A DNA stretch of 16,203 bases from a virus (lineage: Duplodnaviria > Heunggongvirae > Uroviricota > Caudoviricetes). The DNA is taken from the IMG/VR virus record IMGVR_UViG_2547132271_000008, positions 1 through 16,203 of that record. One strand, 5' to 3'. The notes beneath the pieces are model-generated. The model saw only the letters and a list, made by a program, of their open reading frames with translations. It did not search any database and was not told the DNA's origin. The number at the start of each line of letters is the position of its first letter. The stretch's first letter is position 1. The translations under genes were made by a program, and so were the position numbers. Below are positions 15,151-16,203 of this stretch, piece after piece.

Positions 15151-16203
15151 ATGAAAAATACTGTAAAAATAAACAGTGTTGATTTAATCAACGCTGATTG
15201 CCTGCATTTTATTCAGTCCCTGCCTGATGATTCCATTGACCTGATTGTTACCGATCCGCCGTACTTCAAGGTGAAACCCAACGGTTGGGACAATCAGTGG
15301 AAAGTGGACGAAGATTACCTTAAGTGGCTGGACCACTGCCTGGCCCAGTTCTGGCGGGTGTTAAAACCTGCCGGAAGCCTTTATCTGTTCTGTGGGCATC
15401 GCTTGGCATCTGATATTGAGATCATGATGCGTGAACGTTTCAACGTGCTTAACCATATCATCTGGGCGAAGCCGTCCGGACGTTGGAATGGGTGTAATAA
15501 AGAAAGTCTGCGCGCATATTTTCCTGCCACAGAGCGCGTTCTGTTTGCTGAACATTACCAGGGGCCATATCGCGGCAAAAGTGACGGCTATGCAGCAAAA
15601 GAAAGGGAACTCAAACAGCACATAATGGCACCGCTGATATCGTATTTCAGGGATGCTCGTGCCGAACTGGGTATAACGGCAAAACAAATTGCCGAAGCCA
15701 CAGGTAAGAAAAATATGGTTTCCCACTGGTTTGGTGCCAGTCAGTGGCAGTTGCCGAATGAGGCTGACTATCGGAAGTTACAGGCACTGTTTTCCCGTAT
15801 AGCGGCAGAGAAGTTTCAGGAACAACAACTGGAACAACCACACCACCAGCTGGTGGCATCTTATGATTCACTGAATCGCAAATATTCTGAATTGCTGGAT
15901 GAGTTTAAATCTCTCCGGCGCTATTTCTCCGTATCAGTCTCCGTGCCTTATACCGATGTCTGGATGCATAAACCCGTTCAGTTCTACCCGGGGAAACATC
16001 CGTGTGAGAAACCGGCGGATATGCTCAGGCAAATAATCAATGCCAGTAGTCGACCAGGTGATCTGGTTGCTGATTTTTTTATGGGATCCGGTTCCACAAT
16101 AAAAGCAGCAATGGCGCTGGGGCGTCGGGCCTTAGGTGTTGAGCTTGAGTCAGAGCGGTTTAACCAGACAGTGACAGAGATAAACGAGCTGGTGGGGAAA
16201 TAA
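15151..16203 (+). CDS. DNA methyltransferase, beta-class N6-adenine/N4-cytosine type (DPPY motif before the AdoMet-binding FxGxG motif)
   Basis: 350 aa. Catalytic DPPY (IVTDPPYF) near the N-terminus and AdoMet-binding DFFMGSGST near the C-terminus, the beta-class order. No restriction-enzyme partner in the window, which ends at this gene's stop codon. Confidence 0.8.
   Translation: MKNTVKINSVDLINADCLHFIQSLPDDSIDLIVTDPPYFKVKPNGWDNQWKVDEDYLKWLDHCLAQFWRVLKPAGSLYLFCGHRLASDIEIMMRERFNVLNHIIWAKPSGRWNGCNKESLRAYFPATERVLFAEHYQGPYRGKSDGYAAKERELKQHIMAPLISYFRDARAELGITAKQIAEATGKKNMVSHWFGASQWQLPNEADYRKLQALFSRIAAEKFQEQQLEQPHHQLVASYDSLNRKYSELLDEFKSLRRYFSVSVSVPYTDVWMHKPVQFYPGKHPCEKPADMLRQIINASSRPGDLVADFFMGSGSTIKAAMALGRRALGVELESERFNQTVTEINELVGK

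Noticed and set aside
15361-15871. ORFs 15361..15726 (-), 15431..15625 (+) and 15647..15871 (-) inside the methyltransferase gene
   Set aside because: Embedded in a gene with canonical methylase motifs; likely spurious.
1-16203. CRISPR arrays, insertion sequences or transposase genes, integrase and attachment sites
   Set aside because: No regularly spaced direct repeats with unique spacers, no transposase-like ORF or terminal inverted repeats, and no tyrosine-recombinase ORF. An integrase and attL, if present, would lie beyond the left end of the window.

Overview
This window reads as the early/regulatory half of a lambdoid prophage from an enterobacterium (E. coli-like), called by eye from the sequence and ORF track with no database search. 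The immunity core is a divergent CI-like repressor (6876..7502, -) and Cro-like gene (7600..7800, +) around an operator region with recurring ACTAAG/CTTAGT half-sites. A leftward early operon runs from an HTH gene in the N position through yfdP/yfdQ/yfdR-like genes (CPS-53/KplE1-type), Ead/Ea22-like and DUF551 genes, a DnaQ-like exonuclease and a PrtN/Xis-like gene. A rightward operon carries a CII-like gene, an O-like replisome organizer with origin iterons inside it, a PerC-like gene, a Dam-like methyltransferase, a LexA DNA-binding-domain-only protein, RusA, KilA-N, DUF968 and a Q-like antiterminator. Three parts look like accessory cargo: a Panacea-domain gene plus a membrane-protein gene at the left edge (candidate toxin-antitoxin or abortive-infection pair), an AT-rich unknown gene directly after Q, and a small winged-helix-like ORF plus an orphan beta-class methyltransferase at the right edge. 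Other points of interest are a structured ~400-bp non-coding gap after the first leftward gene and a pair of overlapping alternative-frame ORFs at 8419..8810. No tRNA, rRNA, CRISPR array, integrase or lysis genes were seen; the window is cut at both ends.
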